64,000 nucleotides of DNA from Candidatus Omnitrophota bacterium (GTDB lineage: Bacteria > Omnitrophota > Gorgyraeia > 2-01-FULL-45-10), in the NCBI GenBank assembly GCA_026387175.1, contig JAPLME010000012.1, positions 5,849 through 69,848 of the forward strand, written 5' to 3'. The position numbers were made by a program, and so were the translations under genes. The notes beneath the pieces were generated by a model that saw nothing but the letters and a program-made list of their open reading frames with translations, searched no databases and was not told the origin of the DNA. Positions 48,829 to 59,253 of this stretch are shown here, piece after piece (position 1 is the first letter of the stretch; every line of letters starts with the position of its first letter).

Positions 48829-49920
48829 TTGGCGGCGTTTGTGAAGGTGTTTCTAATGCGTAAATCGGCCATAGCGTTAATATTTTTCTTTATATTATCA
48901 ATTTCTTCTACCATGGTGTGGGCCGAAGAGAAATCAACAGATATGCAGAAGACAACCTGGGGAGATATTTTTGCAGATGTTATTGGTCATTACCCTTTAG
49001 CGGACAGCTTGACCACTGATAATACTATCAAGCAGAAAAATAAGTTAAACACACCAAAAAATTGGGAATTCGGCATAGAAGCAAAGCGTTATATCGCCAG
49101 TAATACCTCGTATGAATTTGGTGATCCGGGCGGGGCCTTTACAAAACCTCTCAGCCGGCTGGAATTTCCGATAAATACGTGGTGGTTAAATTTTGATCTT
49201 CGTCGGACCTGCCCGCGATGGTCGGTTGGGGCAAAGGCGGGTTTTAGCATGAACCGCAATTCAAACGGTTGGATGGAAGATTCGGACTGGGCTACATCCG
49301 GCAGCGATAATATTTTAACCAATTATTCAAGAAGCTATTGTGATATAAGAAAAGCTTTCCTCTTTCGCGGAGATGTAGATGTTAATATCTCGGATTGGCT
49401 GAGGCTGCCTTCATCATTAGAGATACGACCGTTATTCGCATTCCAATTTCAACGATTCAATCCCGTAGCGCATAACGGCGTGCAGTGGAATTATGATGAT
49501 GGAAGCGCGATGTCCCTTGATGGTAACGCTATAAGCTTCAGACAGGACTGGTATACATATATGATCGGGATGAGAGGGGCATACAGTTTAGACCTGAATA
49601 AGCATATAGCGATTAAATTGAAGACAGAGGCCGACTGGGGACCAGCCCTCGGCCATAATGAAGACCATCACATACTGCGCGGGGATAGGTGGACATACGA
49701 AAACACATCAGGCAATGCCCTTTACTTTTTAGCCGGAGTTGATATGACCATTTCAAAAACTATAACGATAGGCGCCGGCATAGATTATCTGTGGATACAA
49801 ACTTTCGGAACCCATCGATGGCGGGATCCTTCTCTTCCTGTCGATCAATCGTGGTCTGACGGCGTCAAGGCCTGGTCTGATCAATTGGGCTTAACAATGC
49901 ATGCATCTTACGCATTTTAG
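48829..49920 (+). CDS. Outer-membrane beta-barrel protein (paralog 1 of a tandem pair)
   Basis: Signal peptide, alternating amphipathic strands, C-terminal ...HASYAF. The true start is probably the downstream Met (MRKS..., ~48856). Confidence 0.55.
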   Translation: MAAFVKVFLMRKSAIALIFFFILSISSTMVWAEEKSTDMQKTTWGDIFADVIGHYPLADSLTTDNTIKQKNKLNTPKNWEFGIEAKRYIASNTSYEFGDPGGAFTKPLSRLEFPINTWWLNFDLRRTCPRWSVGAKAGFSMNRNSNGWMEDSDWATSGSDNILTNYSRSYCDIRKAFLFRGDVDVNISDWLRLPSSLEIRPLFAFQFQRFNPVAHNGVQWNYDDGSAMSLDGNAISFRQDWYTYMIGMRGAYSLDLNKHIAIKLKTEADWGPALGHNEDHHILRGDRWTYENTSGNALYFLAGVDMTISKTITIGAGIDYLWIQTFGTHRWRDPSLPVDQSWSDGVKAWSDQLGLTMHASYAF

Positions 49921-50046
49921 TAAATCTAATGAAAATTTCTGGGCCGATTCTCGCCGTAATCCCAGATCCGTCCCAAAATACCCATAAGGATGATTTGCCA
50001 AAACCCTACCCTTAGAGTATACTTTTACAAAAAGAAAGGATGGGAT

Positions 50047-51150
50047 ATGAATAGATCTATTGTTTTGTTTTTAGCATTAATCCTTATGTTATCTGTTTCA
50101 CCAACAATGTCATGGGCCGGTGAAAAAACATCAGATATAAAAATGACAACATGGCAGGATATCTTTTCAGATGTAGCCGGACATTACCCGCTAAACATTG
50201 GCCAGGCTAATACCTATGCGGAACAGAAAGGTAAATTGAATCAGCCGAAGAATTGGGCATTCGATCTCGGCGTTCAGTATTTCCTTATGAGCCATACTTC
50301 ATATCAATTCGCTAATTCAGGCGCGGTTTTTCAAAATCCACTTAGTAAACTGCAGTTTCCTTTAAATACATGGTGGCTGGAAACTGAACTGCGCCGCACT
50401 TGTCCGAGGTGGTCGGCCGGGATCCGCGCAGGCTTAAGCGTCGCCAAGAATGTAGACGGGCGGTTCAAGGATTCGGACTGGCTGAACCCGGGAAACACCA
50501 GCATGTTAACAACATATTCAGAGAGCGCAATGCGGTCGGAAAACAGTTACCTCTTTCGCGCAGACGCCGATGTGAATATCTCGGACTGGTTGGGGCTTCC
50601 GCCGTCATTCGAAATACGGCCTCTCTTCGCTTTCGAGTTTCAGCGATTAAAGCTCATGGCGCACGATGGTGTGCAATGGGAAGTCGGTTCATACGATCCT
50701 GATGAAGGGAGAAGCCTTGATGGATATGCGAGCGCCCAGGCGCTCGCCGGAAATTCAATACATTTTCGACAGGACTATTATATGTATCAGATCGGGCTAA
50801 GAGGCGTGTATGATGGTTTCAAGATCGGAAAGTACATAACTATTAAAGCGCATGGCGAAGCTGACTGGGGCCCTGTCGTAGGATACAACGAAGATAATCA
50901 CCTCCTGCGTGATCTCTTCGGTTATATTAGGTCATCCGGTAATTCTTTATACTTTTCAACCGGCCTGGACATGGTCTTTGCGAAAACCATTACAGCCGGT
51001 ATTTCAATGGATTACCTGTGTATAAGAACTACCGGCATGCTGCACGATCGAGATCTGGCGCATGGCGGCGTGGAGGCGTGGAATGATGAAAGTGTCAAAG
51101 TCTGGTCCGATCAGACGAGCTTAATAGCGCATGTGTCTTATGCATTTTAG
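50047..51150 (+). CDS. Outer-membrane beta-barrel protein (paralog 2)
   Basis: Start chosen at MNRSIVLFLALILMLSVSPTMSWA (the listed ORF starts at 49990). Co-linear similarity with 48829..49920 (TTWxDIFxDVxGHYPL, LxFPxNTWWL, RRTCPRWS, NISDWL, RPLFAFxFQR); ends HVSYAF. Confidence 0.55.
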   Translation: MNRSIVLFLALILMLSVSPTMSWAGEKTSDIKMTTWQDIFSDVAGHYPLNIGQANTYAEQKGKLNQPKNWAFDLGVQYFLMSHTSYQFANSGAVFQNPLSKLQFPLNTWWLETELRRTCPRWSAGIRAGLSVAKNVDGRFKDSDWLNPGNTSMLTTYSESAMRSENSYLFRADADVNISDWLGLPPSFEIRPLFAFEFQRLKLMAHDGVQWEVGSYDPDEGRSLDGYASAQALAGNSIHFRQDYYMYQIGLRGVYDGFKIGKYITIKAHGEADWGPVVGYNEDNHLLRDLFGYIRSSGNSLYFSTGLDMVFAKTITAGISMDYLCIRTTGMLHDRDLAHGGVEAWNDESVKVWSDQTSLIAHVSYAF

Positions 51151-51220
51151 CACAGTTTGATTTTCAGTTTTTGTAACTCATTGCCATATCATTAGATAGC
51201 AATCCCTATAATACTTCCCC

Positions 51221-53242
51221 ATGAAAACAGCTACAGAAAAGACGGCCGCCATTGAGATAAAGAACATCGCGCACTCCTACATAATGGGAGAGCATGAGCT
51301 AAAGGTTCTCAAGGGGGTCTCGCTTAAAATTGAGGAAGGGGAGTTTGTCGCAATTGTGGGTCATTCCGGATCCGGGAAATCGACTTTGATGCAGATCATG
51401 GGGTTACTGGATAGGCCCACTTCAGGACAGTATTTCTTATTAGGCCGGGATGTGTCGTGTCTCTCGGATGATGAGGGAGCGGTTCTGCGCTCCAAAACAA
51501 TCGGCTTTGTCTTTCAGGCGTTCAATTTACTGGCTAGAACGAGCGCATTAGATAATGTTATACTTCCAATGGTCTATTCCGGTCAAAAACATCGCGGGGA
51601 ACGTGGACAAGAACTTTTACGCGAAATGGGGCTGGAAGGCCGCACGCAGCATAAACCCAACGAACTTTCCGGCGGCGAGCAGCAGCGGGTGGCTATCGCC
51701 AGGGCGCTTGTCAATAAACCCCGAATCATTCTAGCGGATGAGCCGACCGGAAATGTGGATTCCCGCCAGGCCGACGAAATCTTGCACCGCTTAGTTAATT
51801 TGAATAAACAGGGTATTACCGTCATCATCGTGACTCATGAAACTAGCATCGCCGCTTATACCAGACGAATTATACGGCTCAAAGATGGAGTGATTATTGA
51901 AGACGTACCTAATATTCCAATTCAGGTGGACCGAAAAGAGCAAATCCCTGTAAGCGTTCTGGCTGTGCCTTCCACGATAGCTATTTCGCCTGCAGTTAAA
52001 TTAGAACATCCTGAGCTTAATATGGCCGAACTCAAAGAGCATATTATTACATCTCTTCGGGCTATGGCCGCCAATAAAGTTCGCAGCTTCCTTTCAATGT
52101 TAGGGGTTCTTATCGGAGTTGCCGGAGTCATCGCGGTGATGGCTGTTGGAGCAGGGGCCCAAAAATCCATTCAAGCCCGCATTGCAAGCCTGGGTTCAAA
52201 TGTGATTATGCTGTTTCCCGGTGCACCGAATATGCGGGGTGTCCAGGGCGCTGTGGGTGATTACAGCCGTCTTACTTTGGACGACGTAAAGGCGGTGCGG
52301 AATGCCAGCCTTAACATTGTCGATATTTACGGAGAAGCCGAGGCAAATGTTCGAGTTGTGTATCAGGATAAAAATACCATAGCGGAATTACAGGGAGTTC
52401 CTATTAGCTACGAATCGATCCGTAGCGCCAAGCCTGAGAACGGTAGATTTTTTACTGAAGATGAGGATGTGAGCAGGTCCAGGGTGGTCCTGTTAGGGCA
52501 GACCGTTGTTAATAATCTCTTTGGTGATGAGAACCCGGTAGGAAAGATTGTTAAAATTAACAAAGAAAATTTCAATGTTGTCGGCATCCTTCCGGTCAAA
52601 GGGTTTTCGGGAGGTTTCAGTGATCAGGATAATATGGTCGTCGTACCATTGCAGACAGCCATGAAGCGGGTGCTTAATACAACGTATTTACATGAAATGG
52701 CTATCCAATGCGATTCGTCCGAGTCTATACAGCCCGTTATAGATGATATTGAAGCTATGTTGCGTAAGAGGCATCACTTGGCTAGCGGTAAAGAGAACGA
52801 TTTTACCTTGAGAAACAATGCTCAAATGCAGGCCACGCTATCTGAGACGACCAAAACCTTATCCACCCTTCTGGGAACCGTGGCGATAATTTCACTTTTG
52901 GTCGGAGGGGTCAGCATTATGAACATAATGCTCGTCTCTGTCAATGAACGAACCAGAGAGATCGGATTACGTAAAGCTGTGGGCGCGCCTCGTCGCGCGA
53001 TCTTAATTCAATTTCTGATGGAATCATCGCTACTTTGCGTTTTGGGCGGGATGATGGGTATTTTATTAGGAATTTTAGTTTCTTTTACTATTTCTCAGCT
53101 GGCAGGATGGGTAACTTCTGTTACTATACAATCTATTGTTTTGGCGTTCGCGTTCTCAGTTGGTATAGGCATAGTCTTTGGTTTCTGGCCTGCTTATACG
53201 GCATCCCTTCTATCACCGATCAAAGCTCTGCGTTATGAATAA
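51221..53242 (+). CDS. MacB-family ABC transporter (fused N-terminal ATPase and C-terminal FtsX-like permease)
   Basis: Walker A GHSGSGKSTL, signature LSGGEQQRVAIARAL, Walker B ILADEPT, a periplasmic domain between TM1 and TM2, and four TM helices. Confidence 0.8.
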   Translation: MKTATEKTAAIEIKNIAHSYIMGEHELKVLKGVSLKIEEGEFVAIVGHSGSGKSTLMQIMGLLDRPTSGQYFLLGRDVSCLSDDEGAVLRSKTIGFVFQAFNLLARTSALDNVILPMVYSGQKHRGERGQELLREMGLEGRTQHKPNELSGGEQQRVAIARALVNKPRIILADEPTGNVDSRQADEILHRLVNLNKQGITVIIVTHETSIAAYTRRIIRLKDGVIIEDVPNIPIQVDRKEQIPVSVLAVPSTIAISPAVKLEHPELNMAELKEHIITSLRAMAANKVRSFLSMLGVLIGVAGVIAVMAVGAGAQKSIQARIASLGSNVIMLFPGAPNMRGVQGAVGDYSRLTLDDVKAVRNASLNIVDIYGEAEANVRVVYQDKNTIAELQGVPISYESIRSAKPENGRFFTEDEDVSRSRVVLLGQTVVNNLFGDENPVGKIVKINKENFNVVGILPVKGFSGGFSDQDNMVVVPLQTAMKRVLNTTYLHEMAIQCDSSESIQPVIDDIEAMLRKRHHLASGKENDFTLRNNAQMQATLSETTKTLSTLLGTVAIISLLVGGVSIMNIMLVSVNERTREIGLRKAVGAPRRAILIQFLMESSLLCVLGGMMGILLGILVSFTISQLAGWVTSVTIQSIVLAFAFSVGIGIVFGFWPAYTASLLSPIKALRYE

Positions 53243-53401
53243 TGAGAGATATAAAATAATGCATGCTATTTCAAAAATAAACTAACAATACCGACATATT
53301 CAATATCTTGTAATTGACGTAATTTTAGAGTAAGCTTTATTAAGATCATAGCAATATCAAGACTATCATCTGGGTGATATGAATATTAAGGGAGGGTTAA
53401 G

Positions 53402-54289
53402 ATGCTTAGGCGAGCAGGCACAGCAATAAGCAGGGTATTAATCATAGTAATGCTGTCTTTAGTTGTTTGCAATAGTTACGCCCAAACTGCTGAAGAAGAG
53501 GCCCTGAAAAAAGGTGTAGACCTTATCCGTCACGACAAATTTGATGAGGCGATAGCAGAATTTAATAATGTCATAACGGTTAATCCTAAATCCACCAGTG
53601 CGCATTACAACTTGGGATTTGCCTATGACAAAAAAGGCGATCTGGACAAGGCCATTCTCAGTTTCAGTAAAGCGGTAGAGATAGACCCCACCCTTGCGGA
53701 TGCTTACTATAACCGCGGTTTCGCCTACTATAAAAAAGGCGCTTTTGACAATGCAATTACCGACTATAATAAAGTCATTGAAATCAGCCCTTCTTCCGCT
53801 GATGCTTATTATGGCCTAGGGCTAGTCTATTCCCACAAAGGCGATCTGAATAAAGCTATCGTCAATTATACCAAAGCGATAGAGATAAGGCCTAATTTTG
53901 CGCTGGCGTATGATGCGCGAGCAGTCGCATATGTTACGAAAAATAACTATATCGGTGCCATGGCGGATGTGAATAAAGCGCAGTCATTAGGATTCAGGTC
54001 GCGTCCCCTCAAGAGGGCGCCGGCCGATTTGACCAATACCGAGAAAAGCCCTGCAAATCTGCCTGCTAGCGAACCAAAGCAGGGAGGACAGATGCAGGCA
54101 CTGGCGCTAAAGACGACAGGATTTATTTTTCTATTGGTTTCCTTTTTGCACTTATTGAGGCTTATCTTTAAGATAAAGGTGATGGTAGGAAAATTTACAG
54201 TTCCGGTATGGTTTAGCGCAGCAGGGTTTATAATTCCGCTGCTTCTGTCATTCTGGATATTCAAATCGTTGAATTTGACTGCCCGATAA
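53402..54289 (+). CDS. TPR-repeat protein with signal peptide and a C-terminal hydrophobic anchor
   Basis: Five consecutive 34-residue TPR units (AHYNLGFAYDKKGDLDKAI...; ADAYYNRGFAYYKKGAFDNAI...). Confidence 0.7.
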   Translation: MLRRAGTAISRVLIIVMLSLVVCNSYAQTAEEEALKKGVDLIRHDKFDEAIAEFNNVITVNPKSTSAHYNLGFAYDKKGDLDKAILSFSKAVEIDPTLADAYYNRGFAYYKKGAFDNAITDYNKVIEISPSSADAYYGLGLVYSHKGDLNKAIVNYTKAIEIRPNFALAYDARAVAYVTKNNYIGAMADVNKAQSLGFRSRPLKRAPADLTNTEKSPANLPASEPKQGGQMQALALKTTGFIFLLVSFLHLLRLIFKIKVMVGKFTVPVWFSAAGFIIPLLLSFWIFKSLNLTAR

Positions 54290-54325
54290 AAGGAAGGTCT
54301 GTGCCGTCGTCGTCTCATCTTAAAA

Positions 54326-55114
54326 TTGATGCTGTTGCGGATGGTAAGTGGAGCGATAAAGGAGAAAAGAATGAAGAAGAACCTGGTTTTGAGCGGTATA
54401 TTAGTTTCAGTATTTTTAGTTGCGCATAACGCCTATGCCCAGGAACCCGCAATCGATTATAAACAGCTGATAGCTAAATGCGGCGAGGCAATTAAACAGG
54501 CAAAATCATACAGTGTTAAAATGGAAATTAAGAGCTCCTTTACAATCAACTCACAGAAAAATAAAGGCAATTCCGCAGAGTTAAATATAGCTTTTATAAG
54601 CCCGGACAGATTTAAGGCAGCGCAAGTCATAGATGAGGGCACGAGTGAGAAGTTGTGGGACGGCTGGATACTGATAGGTAACGATTATTATGTTCTTAAT
54701 GCGGCTTTCGGCTGGGAAAAGGGAGATGATGATAATCGCAGGACAATGTGCAGGGCCCATTCTCCCGAAGGTATTATAAAACAATTCGAAAGCGTCGAAA
54801 AGGAAGACAAGAGAGATTCCATAAGCTCCGCCGCTAAAGACGGGATAGAATATTTTGTGATCAAATATTCATTCGGCAAAGAAGCAGTTAATATTGAATC
54901 CTTGCCTCCGGAATTAAAAGATAGCAAAGTAAACGGAACATATGAAATCTGGATAAATAAAAATAATTATTTACCGTTAAAACAATTGGAGGAAGTTTCC
55001 TATTATTCAAATGAGCAAAATAAAGGGACCTTCTCAAGGACCATAAACTATTCTTCATATAACGATGATACGATAAAGATCGATGAGCCACAGCTCGGTA
55101 GCAAGGAGTTCTGA
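54326..55114 (+). CDS. Secreted hypothetical protein (possibly LolA-like fold; speculative)
   Basis: Probable true start MKKNLVLSGILVSVFLVAHNAYAQ (~54371); beta-rich; no motifs. Confidence 0.4.
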   Translation: MMLLRMVSGAIKEKRMKKNLVLSGILVSVFLVAHNAYAQEPAIDYKQLIAKCGEAIKQAKSYSVKMEIKSSFTINSQKNKGNSAELNIAFISPDRFKAAQVIDEGTSEKLWDGWILIGNDYYVLNAAFGWEKGDDDNRRTMCRAHSPEGIIKQFESVEKEDKRDSISSAAKDGIEYFVIKYSFGKEAVNIESLPPELKDSKVNGTYEIWINKNNYLPLKQLEEVSYYSNEQNKGTFSRTINYSSYNDDTIKIDEPQLGSKEF

Positions 55115-56298
55115 TGATTTTCAGGCTCTCAAAGTTAACATACGCGCTGCTTATCGTTTCCTTGTTTCTCTTCACGGATTCATTCATCATCAAGTCTCAA
55201 GCCGCCGATTCAGCTGAACAAAAAGAAGACGCCGATTCCGCCCCCGACCGACAGCTTCCTCAATTAGCGCCGGGTAAATGGCAGCCATTATTCGAGATGG
55301 GGGAGAATATTTTCCCTTCGGTGGTGATAAGCACCGCGACATTAAAACAAAAGCAATGGGATGACAAGCAGCAGCACATCGGAGACCCATCGGGGACCAT
55401 AGGCATAGCCCTCCGCGGCACCAGAGAGAACTGTCCGGTAAAAGTAGAAATATCGGGCACAGGTTTTATCGGCCCTACTGTCTTTACAGGCACATTGCCT
55501 GAAAAAGATACTGTATATTGTGTCTATCCCGATCTTGATTATGATTATGAAAAACTCCTGTCAGTTAAACAGACTGTCCCTGAAATGTTAATTTTTAAAG
55601 TTACAATAGACGGAAAACAAGACTCCGAAAAAGCAGTGAGAGTACAGGTCCGCCCGGTAAATGAATGCGTTTTCTATTTTGCCGACTCCATGGGAAATTC
55701 ACACGACACCTCCTTCATCTTCGCCGCGTATGTTAATGAAAACCATCCTTTCATAAACCAGGTATTAAAAGAAGCCCTCGCCTCAAAAATGGTGGATAGC
55801 TTCGAAGGATACTCGGGTGACGAAGAAAGCGTGAAGAAGGAAATCGAGGCCGTCTGGGAAACGCTCAAAAATAAAGGCATGCATTACACAACTATGTCCG
55901 CCGGCACGGAAGATTTCGATCCCTATCTAGGCACTCAATATGTCAGGCTATTGGGGGAAAGCATTAATTATACCCAGAGTAACTGTGTTGACGGCTCTGT
56001 CCTTATGGCGTCGATATTTCGCAAGATCGGCCTTAACGTCAGTTTAATAGAAATTCCCGAACATATGTTTATAGGGGTAAGCCTGGACCGGGAAGGGAAA
56101 GATAATATTTATATCGAGACGACCACGCTAGCTAGCGATACCCTGGATGAGGCCATAGAGGACGGAAATAAAGAGTATATGGAAAACAAGGAGAAGCTTG
56201 AATCGGAAAAAGAGGAAGAGCCGGAATATAATATTATTAACATCCAGGATGCCCGCATGCTGGGTATTATGCCGATAAAAGATTCGTCGGCAGATTAA
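55114..56298 (+). CDS. Secreted hypothetical protein with a transglutaminase-like (Cys-His-Asp) core
   Basis: Signal peptide. SNCVDGSVLMASIFRKIGL...IPEHMFIGV...DNIYIETT is consistent with the TGc papain-like triad order. Confidence 0.4.
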   Translation: MIFRLSKLTYALLIVSLFLFTDSFIIKSQAADSAEQKEDADSAPDRQLPQLAPGKWQPLFEMGENIFPSVVISTATLKQKQWDDKQQHIGDPSGTIGIALRGTRENCPVKVEISGTGFIGPTVFTGTLPEKDTVYCVYPDLDYDYEKLLSVKQTVPEMLIFKVTIDGKQDSEKAVRVQVRPVNECVFYFADSMGNSHDTSFIFAAYVNENHPFINQVLKEALASKMVDSFEGYSGDEESVKKEIEAVWETLKNKGMHYTTMSAGTEDFDPYLGTQYVRLLGESINYTQSNCVDGSVLMASIFRKIGLNVSLIEIPEHMFIGVSLDREGKDNIYIETTTLASDTLDEAIEDGNKEYMENKEKLESEKEEEPEYNIINIQDARMLGIMPIKDSSAD

Positions 56299-56402
56299 AG
56301 ACTCGACATTATTCCGGATCCTGTTTGTATTTACCACACTATTTTTAGGGGGCGGAATTCTTTTATACCTGATAATGTGGCTGGTCGTCCCCAGGAAGCC
56401 GA

Positions 56403-56771
56403 ATGAGCTTAAAGAGGGAGAGTGATCGCATGAAGAAGGTAATGGCTGTGGTCCTCGCTATTTTATTGATGCTGGCGGATATTCAAATAGCCATTGCATT
56501 CATGCCCAATCCAGAAGCGCTCAAGGACAGCAAGCCGGAGGCGCTATCTATAGTGGACCAATTATACTTGAGGTACGACACGATCGATCTAAATAGCCTT
56601 ACCAAAATAAAGATTTTAGTCAATAGGCTTACCAATAGAGTCGAGTATGTATTCAATAACGGCTATAAGCGTTATATTAGGCCTAAATTTGTTATGCCCG
56701 ATGCCCAAGCCTTATACGATAAGACGTGCGCGGGGAAAATAGGGAACGATCCAGAAAGTGACACCCCATAG
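56403..56771 (+). CDS. Small hypothetical secreted protein
   Basis: ORF with the internal Met MKKVMAVVLAILLMLADIQIA (~56433) as the likely start; no motifs. Confidence 0.3.
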   Translation: MSLKRESDRMKKVMAVVLAILLMLADIQIAIAFMPNPEALKDSKPEALSIVDQLYLRYDTIDLNSLTKIKILVNRLTNRVEYVFNNGYKRYIRPKFVMPDAQALYDKTCAGKIGNDPESDTP

Positions 56772-56852
56772 AGGAAAACAGGGATACCCTATTTGTATTT
56801 TGAGACTTTGTAATGTACACTATCCTTAATATCGAATGAAAAAGGAGCATTT

Positions 56853-58523
56853 TTGGCACAAATAGAGCATAAAGCCAATATTTTGGTCGTAGATGATGAC
56901 AGGGGTTTTTGGGAAGTAGTCGCTGAAGGATTGGAAGCCAGGGATTATCGTGTTGTTGCCGCCATGAGCGGAGAAGAGTGTATCGAGAAGATCAAGTCCG
57001 ACACATTTCATGTTATCCTCCTTGACCTGCAGATGCCCGGGATGAATGGCATTCAAACCCTCGAAGAGATACGTAAGATGAACCCGGAGATCGAGGTGCT
57101 GATGGTTACCGGGCATGGCGATATAACTACTGCCACCGAGGCCCTTAAGAAGGGAGCGAGCGACTTTATCGAGAAGCCGGTATCCGTAGAAAGGCTGATC
57201 GGCATAATTGAGAAGATCCGCCAGCAGAGCATGCTCAAAGAGACCGTTTTACTTTACGAATTGAGCCAAGCCATATTCTCGACCATCGAGCTCGATAAGC
57301 TGCTCAAGATAATTATTGACCTGACTATGAGGTTGTTGCGGGCGGATGATGCTTCGATAATGCTATTTAATGAAAAGAAAGAGCTCTATATAGCGATTTC
57401 GAGCGGCCTGGACCTGGATGTGCAGAAGCAGACGCGGCTGGCTATCGGCGAGCGGATCGCTGGGTGGGCCGTCCAGAGCAAGGAGCCATTGATCCTTATA
57501 AATGGGTTGCGTAACGATCCCCGTTTCAGTGACTTCAGAGGCCGCAGCGAGATACAGTCGTCGATGATCGTGCCGCTATTGAAGAACAATGAGGCGATCG
57601 GCGTCCTCAACGCCAACAGGATCAAGGTCGCCGATAATTTTACGAAGAACGATATCTATAAGGGCAAAATATTTATTTCGCTGGTTAGCCTGGCACTCGA
57701 TAACGCAAATCTTTATAACAACCTTAAGAATACTCGAGAAAGGCTGGAAAGGTCGAATGAAGAGATTCGCGCGAGCCAGGCGGTCGCCATGGAACGGTTG
57801 GCTGAGATAGAGAAGGCGCATGTGGAGCTGGAGACAACACATCAGCGGTTGGTGCAGAGTGAGAAGCTCAGCTTGCTGGGCAAACTTGTTTCCGAGGTAG
57901 CCCATGAGGTGCTGAACCCGCTCATGGTCATTTCCGGGAATGCTCAGCTTATCCTGGCAAGGGGAGCGCAGTCCGAAGAGACAGCTAAGGGCCTGACCGT
58001 CATCGTCGAGCAAACTATGCGGGCTAAGGATATACTGCAGCGGCTGCTCAGGACCGCCCGAACGGTTAAAAGCGACCTGCAGGAGACGGATATCAGAAAG
58101 GTAGTAGAGTCGGTGGTGGGCCTTCTCGAGGATCAATTTGCAAAATGCGGTGTTGCGATACGGCGGTCATATGAGGAGGATCTGCCATTTGTTAACGCAG
58201 ACGCGAAGCAGCTAGAGGAAGTTTGCATGAACATCTTTAACAATGCGCGTGACGCAATGTCGGGAGGCGGCACTATAGAAATAAAGGCAGTTTGTGAAGG
58301 CGATTTCGTGCGTGTTGATTTTAAGGATAGCGGGTGCGGAATGCCGAATGAGATTAAGGCGCGGATCTTCGAACCGTTCCTGACGACTAAAAAGAAAGGC
58401 ACGGGGTTGGGGCTTTCTGTCTGTTATGAGATCATCAAAGCTCACAAAGGAGAGCTGATGGTCGAAAGCAGCCCTGGGGCAGGGACGGTCGTATCTTTTC
58501 GTCTGCCGCGTGCGAAAGCATAA
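56853..58523 (+). CDS. Hybrid sensor: response-regulator receiver, GAF, histidine kinase (HisKA and HATPase_c)
   Basis: Receiver ILVVDDD...LDLQMPGMNG; GAF region; H-box VAHEVLNPL; G-boxes DSGCGMP and GTGLGLSV. Confidence 0.8.
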   Translation: MAQIEHKANILVVDDDRGFWEVVAEGLEARDYRVVAAMSGEECIEKIKSDTFHVILLDLQMPGMNGIQTLEEIRKMNPEIEVLMVTGHGDITTATEALKKGASDFIEKPVSVERLIGIIEKIRQQSMLKETVLLYELSQAIFSTIELDKLLKIIIDLTMRLLRADDASIMLFNEKKELYIAISSGLDLDVQKQTRLAIGERIAGWAVQSKEPLILINGLRNDPRFSDFRGRSEIQSSMIVPLLKNNEAIGVLNANRIKVADNFTKNDIYKGKIFISLVSLALDNANLYNNLKNTRERLERSNEEIRASQAVAMERLAEIEKAHVELETTHQRLVQSEKLSLLGKLVSEVAHEVLNPLMVISGNAQLILARGAQSEETAKGLTVIVEQTMRAKDILQRLLRTARTVKSDLQETDIRKVVESVVGLLEDQFAKCGVAIRRSYEEDLPFVNADAKQLEEVCMNIFNNARDAMSGGGTIEIKAVCEGDFVRVDFKDSGCGMPNEIKARIFEPFLTTKKKGTGLGLSVCYEIIKAHKGELMVESSPGAGTVVSFRLPRAKA

Positions 58524-58546
58524 GGAGGTGTCTTATTGATACTATA

Positions 58547-58927
58547 ATGATAGTGGATGACGATATTATGATCTGCGAGATGCTCGAAAAATTTTTCGTA
58601 AAATCGGGGTTTGAAGTGCTGCTCGCCTATGGCGGAAATGAAGCTATCGGCATCTTACGGCAAGGGGTCATGCCGGGACTCGTTATACTGGATATGAAAA
58701 TGCCGTCGGGGAGCGGCCTGGATGTGCTGCATGAGATACATCGGATGGGGATTGTTCTCCCCGTTATCCTATTGACCGGTACGATCGACGCCGAAAAATA
58801 TTCTGACACGTTCAAAAAGCTCAAATTTCCGAAAGAGAATATCTGTTATAAGCCGATCGAACTCTCAATTCTTCTGAATATGGTCAAGAAGCGATTGTCT
58901 TTATCGCACGAAAGTTCGAAAGAATGA
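58547..58927 (+). CDS. Single-domain response regulator (CheY-like receiver)
   Basis: MIVDDDIMICEML...LDMKMPSGSGLDVL. Confidence 0.7.
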   Translation: MIVDDDIMICEMLEKFFVKSGFEVLLAYGGNEAIGILRQGVMPGLVILDMKMPSGSGLDVLHEIHRMGIVLPVILLTGTIDAEKYSDTFKKLKFPKENICYKPIELSILLNMVKKRLSLSHESSKE

Positions 58928-59253
58928 CGCCTACCGCAACGATCCTGATTGCTTATGGCGAGCCTGGTATACCATCCTGTTGACCATAATCTTTTATCTG
59001 TTTCAGGGAAAATAGAACGAGGCCCAATAATGTCCGTCTATGAGTGCAATATTTGCGGCTGCCGATTTGAAATAGAAGACAATTAAGTTTAAAATGTTAG
59101 GCACACAAAAGCAAGCTTCCAAGCCTTGCCTAGTGTGATATTATAGGGTACACTTAAGTATGTGTCAGTTTGGTCTATCCAGCGAGAGGGGTATTTTTTT
59201 GTGCACTTTGTAAAAATATTTAATAACAGATCATTAATACAAAGGAGGAAAAT

